This document shows, piece after piece, positions 1 through 11,000 of a stretch of 52,634 nt of DNA. A program made the translations under genes and the position numbers. The DNA is taken from assembly GCA_002633005.1 (NCBI GenBank), contig NMRA01000326.1, forward strand, positions 298,223 through 350,856, written 5' to 3'. Position 1 is the stretch's first letter, and each line of letters begins with the position of its first letter. This stretch comes from Phoronis australis (Eukaryota; Animalia; Phoronida). A model generated the notes under the pieces. That model saw only the letters and a list, made by a program, of their open reading frames with translations, was not told where the DNA came from and ran no database searches.

Positions 1-1807
1 ACACGGTAACATTCATGTGACTAGCGAAGAAATCAAATAGAGAGCATATAATGAACTACAATAAAGAACAATAGATGGCGCAACATGACGGACGAGCCAT
101 GCTTTGTTCCCGCAATCCAAAATAGGTGGCACTATGTGACAGTCTGCACAGCAAAGTTATGTTTACAATAGTATTTCGCCTGGAATTCCAGTCTACAGTA
201 CGACAGTGCTACCTGGGTCAGTCGGGGTCACAACTCTCTGTTAACTTGTGCACACATAACCAAAACAAAGTGAACTGAAAGCCAGCCAGCTGAGTGCTTA
301 CGTGACCGAAGGAACAACGGTATCCGAAAATCTCGAATAATTCAAAAAGTAGATGTCGTATCGCAAAATGGAAAGTATCATCTGAAAGCCCGTTCAAAAC
401 TCTATCTAAAGTGGTAGTTTGTCAAACACGATTACATTCATGTGACTAGCAAAAAATCAAATAGTGAGCATACAATCAACTACAATAAAGAACAATAGAT
501 GGCGCAACATGACGGACGAGCCATGCTTTAAAGTAGAACAGTGCTGGCTGGGTCAGTCTGGGTCAACTAGGCATAACCAAAACAAAGTGAACTGAAAGCC
601 AGCCACCAGCGCGCTTGCATAGGAACAACGGTATCCGAAAATTTCGAATAATTCAAAAAGTAGACGTCGTAGCGCAAAATGGAAAATATCTTCTGAAAGC
701 CCGTTTAAATCTCTCTCTATAGTGGTAGTTTGGCAAAAATCCAAAAAAGTTTNTGAAAGCCAGCCAGCTGCGTGTGACCGAAGGAACAACGGTAACCGAA
801 AATCTCGAATAATTCAAAAAGTAGACGTCATAGCGCAAAATGGAAAGTATCTCCTGAAAGCCCGTTGAAAACCCTATCTAAAGTGTTAGTTTAGCAAAAA
901 TCCAAAAAATTTTCGAGAAAATTGAAAATTTGCCATTTTTTTGAAATTCAAAGTCATATAACTCGAAAACGGTAAGTCTGAGAAATACACTCTCGCAGAC
1001 TTTTTGAAAGGCCATACTTCAAGGAATCCACATGCAAAATTCACGTCATTTGCTCTTCCCATAAATAATGCGACACCAGAGCGATTGAAACCGTGTGAAC
1101 ATGCCCCACAGCCACCATCTTGAAAGTGACTTCCGGTTCAATAATTTTTTATAAAAGCTTATTAAACTCAACAAACACATGACCAGTTTGAAAGTGATTG
1201 GTTTGCAAATGCGCCCTCTACAGGAGAAAACGTTTTTAGCCATATTTCGGGGTGCGCATGCGCCACGTCCAATATTTCCGCCATCTTTAACCGGAAGTCA
1301 ACGATTTTCTGCACAATTGTAGCACATGCGTTCTAGTATATTCGTACCGATTGTCAGCCATGTAGGTCGAAAAATGCAGCCTCTACGAGTATTTGACTGT
1401 AAAATCGGATACAAAATGGCCGCCACATCCGCAATTTTGTATGCGATCATGACCAAAAACAATAGGCTTCTAGGACTTTCCGATCTACACGTTGTGTGCA
1501 AATTTCGTGAAAATCGGACCAAAATTGCGACCTGTAGAGTGCGAACAAAAAGATACAAAATGGCCGCCACGTCCGCCATTTTGTATCCGATCATGACCAA
1601 AAACAATAGCGTTCCAGTGATTCCCGAACTACATGTTGTGTGCAAATTTCGTAAAAATAGGACGAAAATTCCGACCTGTAGAATGCGAACAAAAAAAAAA
1701 ACTTGACGACAGAGCAACATACTTGTCGGAATTCAAAGAATTCCGCCAAGTAAAAACAAACTTAGTGTCAGAGCAATATACTTGGCGAAATTTATTTCGC
1801 CAAGTAA
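1..1807 (-). mobile_element. Composite non-autonomous repeat, Helentron/HINE-like, with internal tandem repeats
   Basis: Repeated blocks (1-104 ~ 425-529; ~212-421 ~ 548-732 ~ 754-893; ~143 bp tandem pair within 1407-1695); terminal hairpins TACTTGGCGAAAT..ATTTCGCCAAGTA; second copy at 2617-3271. Confidence 0.6.
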
Positions 1808-2616
1808 CTAGTGGTAACTCCAATGTTGGTTTGCCAGAGAGGAGTTAGTGGGAAAGACAATTACCAATAGTCCAGAGTTGCTATAATGGAAAACAACATG
1901 TTAATGAAAAAACAATATCAGTATTTGTTTAGGCTCTCTAAGATCTTGTGGTCTGGTTCATATCTTCCCCTGTCTGGCAATCTTTCTGTTGTAGATTTCC
2001 CAAACACTAAAATAGGGAATTAAAAATTATCATACACACCATATGTTGGTCATATCACGTGACATAGAGTTAATGATACTGAAATTCACCTGAACTAATT
2101 AAAAATGACTTTGAAAACGCAAGGCAAATAGGACAAATTTATCTTTTTTGAGGCTGTTGATGAAAAGAAAGAAAGTAGCCTCTAAAAGTTAAATTAATTA
2201 TTGTATTTTATGAAGCAAGTGCCTTTCATTTGACTTTGTACCAATGTAGTGCAGCTCGGGCTGGGCCAGGCTTTTGTGCAGTCAGTTTTGATGCAAAATG
2301 ATAAGCTTAGCCATATGCATATCCTAATGGCCAAGTGCTGTAGTAGTCTGTCCCTGATGGATTGGCTTGGTTCCTGATGGATTTGCCTGGGATATTTACC
2401 ATGTAATTGAGGCTGATAGCTGGCTTACTAGATGGCCACCCCAGACAGAGGAGATAGCCTACAGGGTTATTTATAGATAATGGTCAAATGATATGTCATA
2501 ATCTGGCCCAGCTGTCTACAGCTCTGACATTAAAAGAAGTGATAGTCTTGCTCTCCATGATCTTGAAAACAGATTGTTCATGGTTGAGTACAGGCATTAT
2601 ATGTGGCAATCATGTN

Positions 2617-3271
2617 GAATATACTTCAAAGAATCCACATGCAAAAAATCACGTCTTTTTCTCTTCCCGTTTAAAATCGCACTCCAGCACGACCGAAAAT
2701 GGGTCAACATACGCCAGATCCGCCATCTTGAAAGCAACTTCCGGTTTTTTGGTTTTGTATAATAGCATGTCATAAGAAACTAATACCTGTAAAAATTCGA
2801 AGTAATTGGTTTGATAATGCGCCCTCTACAGGAGAAAACGTTTTTAGGCCAAAATCGAAGTGCGCATGCGCGATCGCCGATATTTCCGCCATCTTTAACC
2901 GGAAGTAAACAATTTCCGGCATACTTGTAGCAAACTTCCGGTCCATTTACTGTGCCGATTCTTAGCCTTTTACGTAAAAAAATTGTAGCCTGCAGAAGCA
3001 TTTGAACCTTTAAATGGAAACAAAATGGCCGCCACAGCCGCCATCTTGGATCCGATTTTGACGAAAAACAATAGGCTTCCAGTACTTCCGGAAGTACGTG
3101 TTATGTGTAAATTTCGTGATGATCGAACGAAAATTGCGACCTGTATCGTGCGGACAAACAAAAAAAAACTTAGTGGAAGAGCAACATACTTGGCGAAATT
3201 AAAAAAAAAAAAAAAAAAAACAAACATAGTGTCAGAGCAATATACTTGGCGAAATTTATTTCGCCAAGTAA
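2617..3271 (-). mobile_element. Second, partial copy of the same HINE-like family
   Basis: Aligns to ~1013-1807, including the identical terminal hairpin. Confidence 0.7.
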
Positions 3272-3763
3272 TAATTGTTGTATTTTATGAAGCAAGTGCC
3301 TTTCATTTGACTTTGTACCAATGTAGTGCAGCACGGGCTGGGCCAAGCTTTTGTGCAGTCAGTTTTGATGCAAAATGATAAGCTTAGCCATATGCATATC
3401 CTAATGGCCAAGTGCTGTAGTAGTCTGTCCCTGATGGATTGGCTTGGTTCCTGATGGATTTGCCTGGGATATTTACCATGTAATTGAGGCGGATAGCTGG
3501 CTTACTAGATGGCCACCCCAGACAGAGGAGATAGCCTACAGGGTTATTTATAGATAATGGTCAAATGATATGTCATAATCTGGCCCAGCTGTCTACAGCT
3601 CTGACATTAAAAGAACTGATAGTCTTGCTCTCCATGATCTTGAAAACAGATTGTTCATGGTTGAGTACAGGCATTATATGTGGCAATCATGTGGTCATTG
3701 TTTTTCATCAGTGATACTGTTTTTCTCATCATCTTCAAGTGGTATACCCAGAACTATGTTTAA

Positions 3764-3875
3764 CCCTTACAAAAATGAACTTAAGTTTTTCGGAAGAACT
3801 TAAGTTTTTCCTCTAAAACTTAAGTTATTTTCCAAAAAGCTTTCAGCGAAAAACTTAAGTTTATTTTTGTAAGGG
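3764..3875. mobile_element. 112 bp MITE with TAA target-site duplication
   Basis: TIRs CCCTTACAAAAATGAACTTAAG / CTTAAGTTTATTTTTGTAAGGG, flanked by TAA on both sides; four AACTTAAGTT palindromes inside. Confidence 0.75.
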
Positions 3876-3899
3876 TAAGCCAATCTTGTAATATTTGGG

Positions 3900-4368
3900 T
3901 ATGCAGTTACTACTGATGTGGTTTAGTTTATGTTCATTGTTACCACCGACACAGGTTCAGTTTATGTTCATTGTAACTAGCGATATGGTTCAGTTTATGT
4001 TCACTGTTACTACTGATATGGTTCAGTTTATGTTCACTGTTACTACTGATATGGTTCAGTTTATGTTCATTGTTACTACTGATATGGTTCAGTTTATGTT
4101 CATTGTTACTACCGATATTGTTCAGTTTGTGTTCATTGTTACTACCGATATGGTTCAGTTTATGTTCACTGTTACTACTGATATGGTTCAGTTTATGTTC
4201 ATTGTTACTACCGATATGGTTCAGTTTATGTTCATTGTTACTACCGATATTGTTCAGTTTGTGTTCATTGTTACTACCGATATTGTTCAGTTTGTGTTCA
4301 TTGTTACTACCGATATTGTTCAGTTTGTGTTCATTGTTACTACCGATATGGTTCAGTTTGTGTTCACT
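3900..4368. repeat. 33 bp minisatellite (~14 copies)
   Basis: Unit GATATGGTTCAGTTTATGTTCA(T/C)TGTTACTAC(T/C). Confidence 0.95.
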
Positions 4369-6079
4369 TTAGACCAACACTGTGTTGTTTTTGTTGGTTG
4401 GAGTTATCTGTTCCTGCTTTGCTATGCTGACCTGTATGGTTCACTGTTACATCATGGTCTTATTACTGGTATGAGGGATTGTGAAGATGGGGTTGCCAGA
4501 GATCTAGGTTTTTGTAATCATTGCAATGGTGCCTTAAGCTGTATGTCAGTTCAGCCAGTTCCATGTGTCAACCATGCCACCCTCCCCCCATCACCCTCCA
4601 CCCCATCACCCTCACATGTTTCATCTACTCATATGAGATGGTACTGCCACCCATCCAACCAGATGTCTGTAAGGGTAAATTACACACCTGATCAAAGTAA
4701 CCACCAGAGACATTATCATTGATGACAAAATAGCACCCTGAAATAACATGGGAGAGGGGTCAAATTGCCTGCCCAAGTTGGTGACATCACTGGCATATCA
4801 TTACCAAACACGGTCTTGTACAAATTGATGTTGTGCTCATGGTGAAAGTTGTCATTGTAATTTAAAGTGTCAGAATCAACATTCACTGAAATCTGCCAAT
4901 TCATAAAAAGTTTTCAAGAGGTCTGCTGTAAGATTATGATAAATGGACTTCATTGCAGTTGTAATTTTTGCATAATTAGACTTTCATAAAATTGATTAAC
5001 ACTTAGTTTTTACTCTATTAACATAATATTTTTTCACAGCACCATGTTACGACTGATGTGTGTTGAGTTTCATGGCATCAGTGTCTCTCAGTTTAGAACC
5101 TGTGGTATATACTGTACACTACAAACACAACATTCAGGTTTGGAGTAGTGTGATAATGCAAATTTTAGCTTGTCAGGTATGTTGATGTGAAGTAGTTGCT
5201 GTTGATAATGAATACACTTACCAGGTGATGTAACCAATACCCAGCTGTTGAACTATTTGATATGCACTTGGTAAGCTATGAAATTTATGTACCAAGGATT
5301 GACTTTTTAAGGATATCTCGAATCTGGGGTTTGCCTTAGTGACATTCAGAACATTCAGCTATAGAGCTATTGAGTTTTATTCCACGCTACTGCTAATCTT
5401 TGTAAAATTACTTTTCTCGCTGAGAATGTCCTTTTACAGAATAGTATTGCTAGTGAACAAGTGGATAAAACTGTGTGCCTGAAACAAAAGCAGCTCTCAA
5501 CTTAAAAATGGTAAAGCTGTACTAAGCAGTATGTCACTAGTGAAGCGATTCACTAAACCCCTGTAGCTTCTTTGTCTGTGAGTAGATCTTCTGTCGATTC
5601 TTGAAAAGATAGATTATGATTGCAGAGTTATAAGTCAATTCTGCCTTCAGTTATCAGACTCTCACTGTAATGGATTGCAAATAGGCAGTAATGTATTACA
5701 GCATGGAAATTGCCTTGGAAATTGCCATCATTATCTATATATGTGTGACCATGTAGTGTATGATGGATGAATGTCTGATATTATGTCAGTTGTGTGTCTG
5801 TGTTGCTTTTTGATGGAGTTTCTTTGGATTGTGTTGTGGAATTGTGTGACACAAAATGCAGCGCCATCTTGTGTTCCGCACGGTTTTGTTGGTTGATAAT
5901 TGTATATCTGCTGCAGGAATGCTACCTTGTTCAATGATGCCTGTCTAGAAAAGTGTTTATGTTTCATTCTTGTGCTGTTTGATGTATATTGAAGTTTGAA
6001 TTCTTGGCACATGAAATTAGTGAGAAGGAAGAAAGGGTGTTGTGTTATTTTGTTATTTGTCATCATTTGATATGGGCAT

Positions 6080-6443
6080 TTTTATGCGCCCACATATTTA
6101 TATGTGGACGCATTATGCCGTCATCTCTGTCCGTCCGTCCGTCCGGCGTCTGGCGTCCAGCGTCCGCTGCTCTATCTCCAAAACCCTTTGACATACGTTC
6201 ATGAAATTTGGCACATATGTTCCATTCATGAATGGGACGGCATGTGCGAACTTTCGGACGGATCCGACTACCGGTGTGCCCCCTAGTGGCAATTTTAGTT
6301 TTTTACGCTTACCTTTGTATCTTCAAAAGTCCTGAACGGATTTTCATGAAATTTGGTATGTAGGCACCTAGTAGTGAGATGACGCTATCCTGCCGTTTTC
6401 AGATGGATTCGACATAGTTTGCGCCACCTAGTGGCCATTTTTA
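6080..6443 (+). mobile_element. HINE/DINE-1-like element (runs into the gap)
   Basis: TTTTATGCGCCCACATAT..ATATGTGGACGCAT terminal hairpin, (GTCC)n microsatellite, then monomers with GAAATTTGG; same family as 50411-51570. Confidence 0.75.
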
Positions 6444-7379
6444 NNNNNNNNNNNNNNNNNNNNNNNNNNNNNNNNNNNNNNNNNNNNNNNNNNNNNNNNN
6501 NNNNNNNNNNNNNNNNNNNNNNNNNNNNNNNNNNNNNNNNNNNNNNNNNNNNNNNNNNNNNNNNNNNNNNNNNNNNNNNNNNNNNNNNNNNNNNNNNNNN
6601 NNNNNNNNNNNNNNNNNNNNNNNNNNNNNNNNNNNNNNNNNNNNNNNNNNNNNNNNNNNNNNNNNNNNNNNNNNNNNNNNNNNNNNNNNNNNNNNNNNNN
6701 NNNNNNNNNNNNNNNNNNNNNNNNNNNNNNNNNNNNNNNNNNNNNNNNNNNNNNNNNNNNNNNNNNNNNNNNNNNNNNNNNNNNNNNNNNNNNNNNNNNN
6801 NNNNNNNNNNNNNNNNNNNNNNNNNNNNNNNNNNNNNNNNNNNNNNNNNNNNNNNNNNNNNNNNNNNNNNNNNNNNNNNNNNNNNNNNNNNNNNNNNNNN
6901 NNNNNNNNNNNNNNNNNNNNNNNNNNNNNNNNNNNNNNNNNNNNNNNNNNNNNNNNNNNNNNNNNNNNNNNNNNNNNNNNNNNNNNNNNNNNNNNNNNNN
7001 NNNNNNNNNNNNNNNNNNNNNNNNNNNNNNNNNNNNNNNNNNNNNNNNNNNNNNNNNNNNNNNNNNNNNNNNNNNNNNNNNNNNNNNNNNNNNNNNNNNN
7101 NNNNNNNNNNNNNNNNNNNNNNNNNNNNNNNNNNNNNNNNNNNNNNNNNNNNNNNNNNNNNNNNNNNNNNNNNNNNNNNNNNNNNNNNNNNNNNNNNNNN
7201 NNNNNNNNNNNNNNNNNNNNNNNNNNNNNNNNNNNNNNNNNNNNNNNNNNNNNNNNNNNNNNNNNNNNNNNNNNNNNNNNNNNNNNNNNNNNNNNNNNNN
7301 NNNNNNNNNNNNNNNNNNNNNNNNNNNNNNNNNNNNNNNNNNNNNNNNNNNNNNNNNNNNNNNNNNNNNNNNNNNNNNN

Positions 7380-7538
7380 GTGCAGCGCTACCTTGCGATA
7401 ACTTCGATGACGTCAGGGTCACCAACCCTTTACTTCGATGGTCATTAACTACCGAAGCCAGCATGAACGGTCCAGTTAACTGCGCTGTTTACGTCGACGC
7501 TCCGCTCAGACCGGAGTTAAGTCAATATGAAAGGGCCT
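7380..7538 (-). mobile_element. Partial inverted copy of the MITE at 16729-17234
   Basis: Near-identical reverse complement of 16729-16888. Confidence 0.85.
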
Positions 7539-7969
7539 ATAGAGTATCAAAGGTAATATTAGAACTCAATAGTCTCTGGAAAGTTTTAAACAGGAAAAAC
7601 AAACCCATATAGATAGAACAATGCGACAGGTGGTAAGTGTTGCAGGAATAAACAATTTGTTTGAACATGACATGAAAAAGTAGTCATGGTGATTTGTGTA
7701 GTAATAATTGCTAAAATTTCAATTTTTGTGTTATCAAAGGGTTACGGCACTGCTGTATATACACTAAATATTCCAAAGGTTGTTTGATTAATGACATTAC
7801 TGTTTAAGGAGTGTCAACATAAATATTAACGAGAGTGATTCGTATATTAAAATGTACAAATGATTATTGTTTTAACCTTGCTGTCTTTCTAACATAGTCA
7901 CTCCTACGTATAGCTAAAGTTTTCTACACAATTTCTAAATTTGTTAAGAATAGCTTGTTGCTGTTGCAG

Positions 7970-8061
7970 TTTAATAGTTGATGGTCTTGTGAACCCTCTT
8001 CAAGACAAGTTGGAGGAGTGGAGAAAAACTGTGGGAAACTTGGATAAAGACCACGCCAAGG
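7970..8061 (+). CDS. MTSS1: MTSS1 exon (IMD): LIVDGLVNPLQDKLEEWRKTVGNLDKDHAK
   Basis: ttgcag acceptor, G|GTTTGT donor, 92 nt, IMD helix motif. Confidence 0.93.
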
Positions 8062-11000
8062 GTTTGTACAGTCTATTTGGCATTAAACTTATTTATCATA
8101 GTTACAGGCATGTAGGGGAGTGGTTTGTAGGCGAGGGGCATGTAGGTGATGGGTGTATAGGTGAGGGCATGTAGATGAGGGGTGTATAGGCGAGGTTCTC
8201 GCGATTAAACAACAAAGAAGAGACAGTGTGGCTCAGTGGTTTGAGCCCCGGACTCCTGTTTAGGAGACCTGGGTTCAAATCCTGACTTTACTGTCAGACA
8301 ATCAAGCATTGTACAAAGGTGTGTCCTATTCCTCTGAGCTTGGTCTTACTAGTGAGTGTATGTATGGAATGAATGAGAACCTGGATATAATGTGAAAGTG
8401 ATTTAAGGGGCTGTGGTCATATTTTCATTAAACAACAAACAGAATCAATGTTCTCCTATGTTATTGTGTGACGTCACTAACAACATATTTGAATGGCCCA
8501 CGACCAGTTATCAATAATGGCAACTGCTTTGGAAAAGAGGCGTCACCATCTATTACAATGTCTTTACTGTTGCAGAACAGTTGGCCAAACTGACTATTGC
8601 CAAACGGTTAATTGTCAGAAGCCTTGTCTTGCAAGGGCTTTTGCACTTCAGAGAACATTAGTTGGCACAGATTTCCAGTATCTTTGTTGTGGTTTCTGTT
8701 GTAAAGAAAACTAGGGCACGTGTTCAAATATGTTTGTTGGGGTTTGTGTTGTGAAGAGCACTTGGGAACGTGTCCAAGTATGTCTCATGGCATCTTTTTG
8801 TATTGACTTGTTTGTGATTTTATTGAAGTTTTAAAATCATATTCATGAAGCCCTTCTTCATATGATAAAAACAGTTTCTTTGTAATTTAAATCTGGAATC
8901 TTATCTCCACTTTCATGTAGCCTCCAGGAGTGTTGAAATGCCTGACTATTTTGAAATTACAAATCAAAATACTCACACAATCACTGGGTCATGATTGTGA
9001 AGCTGCAATGACCCTCGACTAGTTCATGTTAGTTTACACTTAACTGTCCTTATGTAAACTTATTTATTTATTCTATTCTTTTGCACCAACCTAGACTATG
9101 TCATATTGACTTGATAAACGGCAGTGTTTATTTTACAAAGTCTAACCTGAAAGTGGAAGTGTCAGTTGAAAGTAATTGATAGTGGTGCTTGACTTTCCCT
9201 TTTCAGAGTATAAAAAAGCTAGACAGGAAATCAAAAGATCATCAACGGATACCATAAGGTTACAGAAAAAAATGAAGAAAGGTTTGTAAAACTTCCTTAA
9301 GCATCCAATGTCTGATATTTAAGTTTAAGCTTTCGCCTGTAAAATAGGTAAGTATGGTTTGTATTGACCAAATGAAGTAAAATTAAGTAAATTTTTTATC
9401 ATGCGAGCTGTGCAGTTAAAAGTTATCCAACCCTCCCCCCTCTACAACAAACTAGCCACACAGGTTCAGGTGGTAGTTTACCCTTCATAACTTGGGGGTT
9501 AGAGTTCAAATGGTGCAGGCCATAGGTTAAAGGTTATGTTCTCTTTCCAGGCAAGTGTGACATGCAAGGCCAACTGAACAGTGCAATGAGAGACGTGAGT
9601 GACAAGCTACTGTTGCTAAACGAGACGGAAAAGGGCGCGGTGCGACACGCCATGATTGAGGAGCGTAGTCACTTCTGTACCTTTGTCAGTTTCCTGAAGC
9701 CTGTCGTGGTATGTGATGCATACAGTTATTCCATTGTTGTGTTGCTGCCATGTTTGGAATCCCATCAAGGGATAATTGAGGGATTTGACATTTGTGTTCA
9801 CTTTAAACATACTTTAGATTTTGTAATGATAGTTAAAGGGTGGTTGTGATTGTGCTTTTTGTCGTTATGTTCTGCATATGGGAGTATGTGAAAAAGCAAC
9901 CTAATGGTTACGCTATACTCATGTTAGGGGGGTGGTTTAGCAAGAAGAAATATGTCTAGGTAATGCCGAAAAAGCATAATTGGTTCTGGCCAATAAAGTC
10001 CGTGGTGCAACATTTTTAGTTGAACACACTTTTCAATGAAGAAAATCCACCCAAGATGAGCAAAATGATGCAGGATTTTTTCAGCTTTTCCAAAAAACAC
10101 AAATTGGCTGAAATTGACGGAGGCATTGTTGTGCTTTTTATTGGGTGAGCACTGGTCTCAAAATAAGTTGGACTAGACACCAGAAACATCTATGCTGTTT
10201 TGTCCTAATCAAGACATTTAGGATGATGGGAGGAAACATTTCAAGAAGTTTTCACTTGTCTTGCTATTATCAAATGAGTCCTAATTTAGAAAACTCTGAT
10301 CCATTGTAACATTTCAAGGTGTTTCTGTAAGTCTTAATGTTAGAATAAGTCACAGTGTTTACAAGGACGATCACTGCTCTCACATGAGAGCTGGAGCCTT
10401 TAAGCAACTGGCAATGTTGCTGGCACCTATAATTCACTTTTTGTGGGTATCTTGCTCATCCAGGTTCAATGCCTGGTCGAGGATTGACTTGATTTAGCAA
10501 TCACAATGTGAAAACAATTTGCTGTGTTACCTAGGATGAGGAGCTGTCTATGCTGAATGAGATCAGCCATCTACAGGAGATTATCGACTCGCTGTGCAAC
10601 AATGCGAGGGACCCTCACCTGTTGCCTGAGGCTAACGAGCAGATACTGACTGAGCTGAAGGGTAGCGACACCCAGTGGTCGTTCCAGGTAGCTACGGTAA
10701 AGCTTCATCTTTACCTTTCTAGATGTGTTGTGTGCATGATGCACAGTGGTAAGCGTTGTTATAGTAATCTGGAGTATGTTTTGTGAAAAGTGACTTTTGA
10801 GTCACAAGTTTGGTCTTACTTGACAATTACTGAATAAATGTTTAGCTATGTAACAAAACAGCATATGTCACAGCTATGTAACAAAACAGCATATCACAGA
10901 CACAAATTATTTCCATAACTAGTTGTTGTGGGCATATCCTAAAAGACTTTATTATGGGCATGGCTAAAAGACCTTGTGTGGTAAACGGAGATTTTTATTT

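Noticed and set aside
1298-1848. ORFs with MAATSAILY repeats (also 2780-3378)
   Set aside because: Translations of non-coding HINE-like tandem monomers; no transposase or Rep/Hel motifs.
3895-4722. 275 aa ORF with DMVQFMFTVTT repeats
   Set aside because: Produced by a 33 bp minisatellite; no ATG start or splice support; intronic position.
5040-5110. Possible upstream MTSS1 exon after ttttcacag
   Set aside because: No frame resembles the expected preceding IMD segment (..EIG.ALTR.CMRHR..); that exon is probably upstream of the window or in the gap.
6385-7612. 359 and 397 aa ORFs
   Set aside because: Artefacts of translating the N gap.
8222-8295. Possible tRNA gene
   Set aside because: A and B boxes are present, but there is no intact acceptor stem or Pol III terminator; treated as a SINE head.
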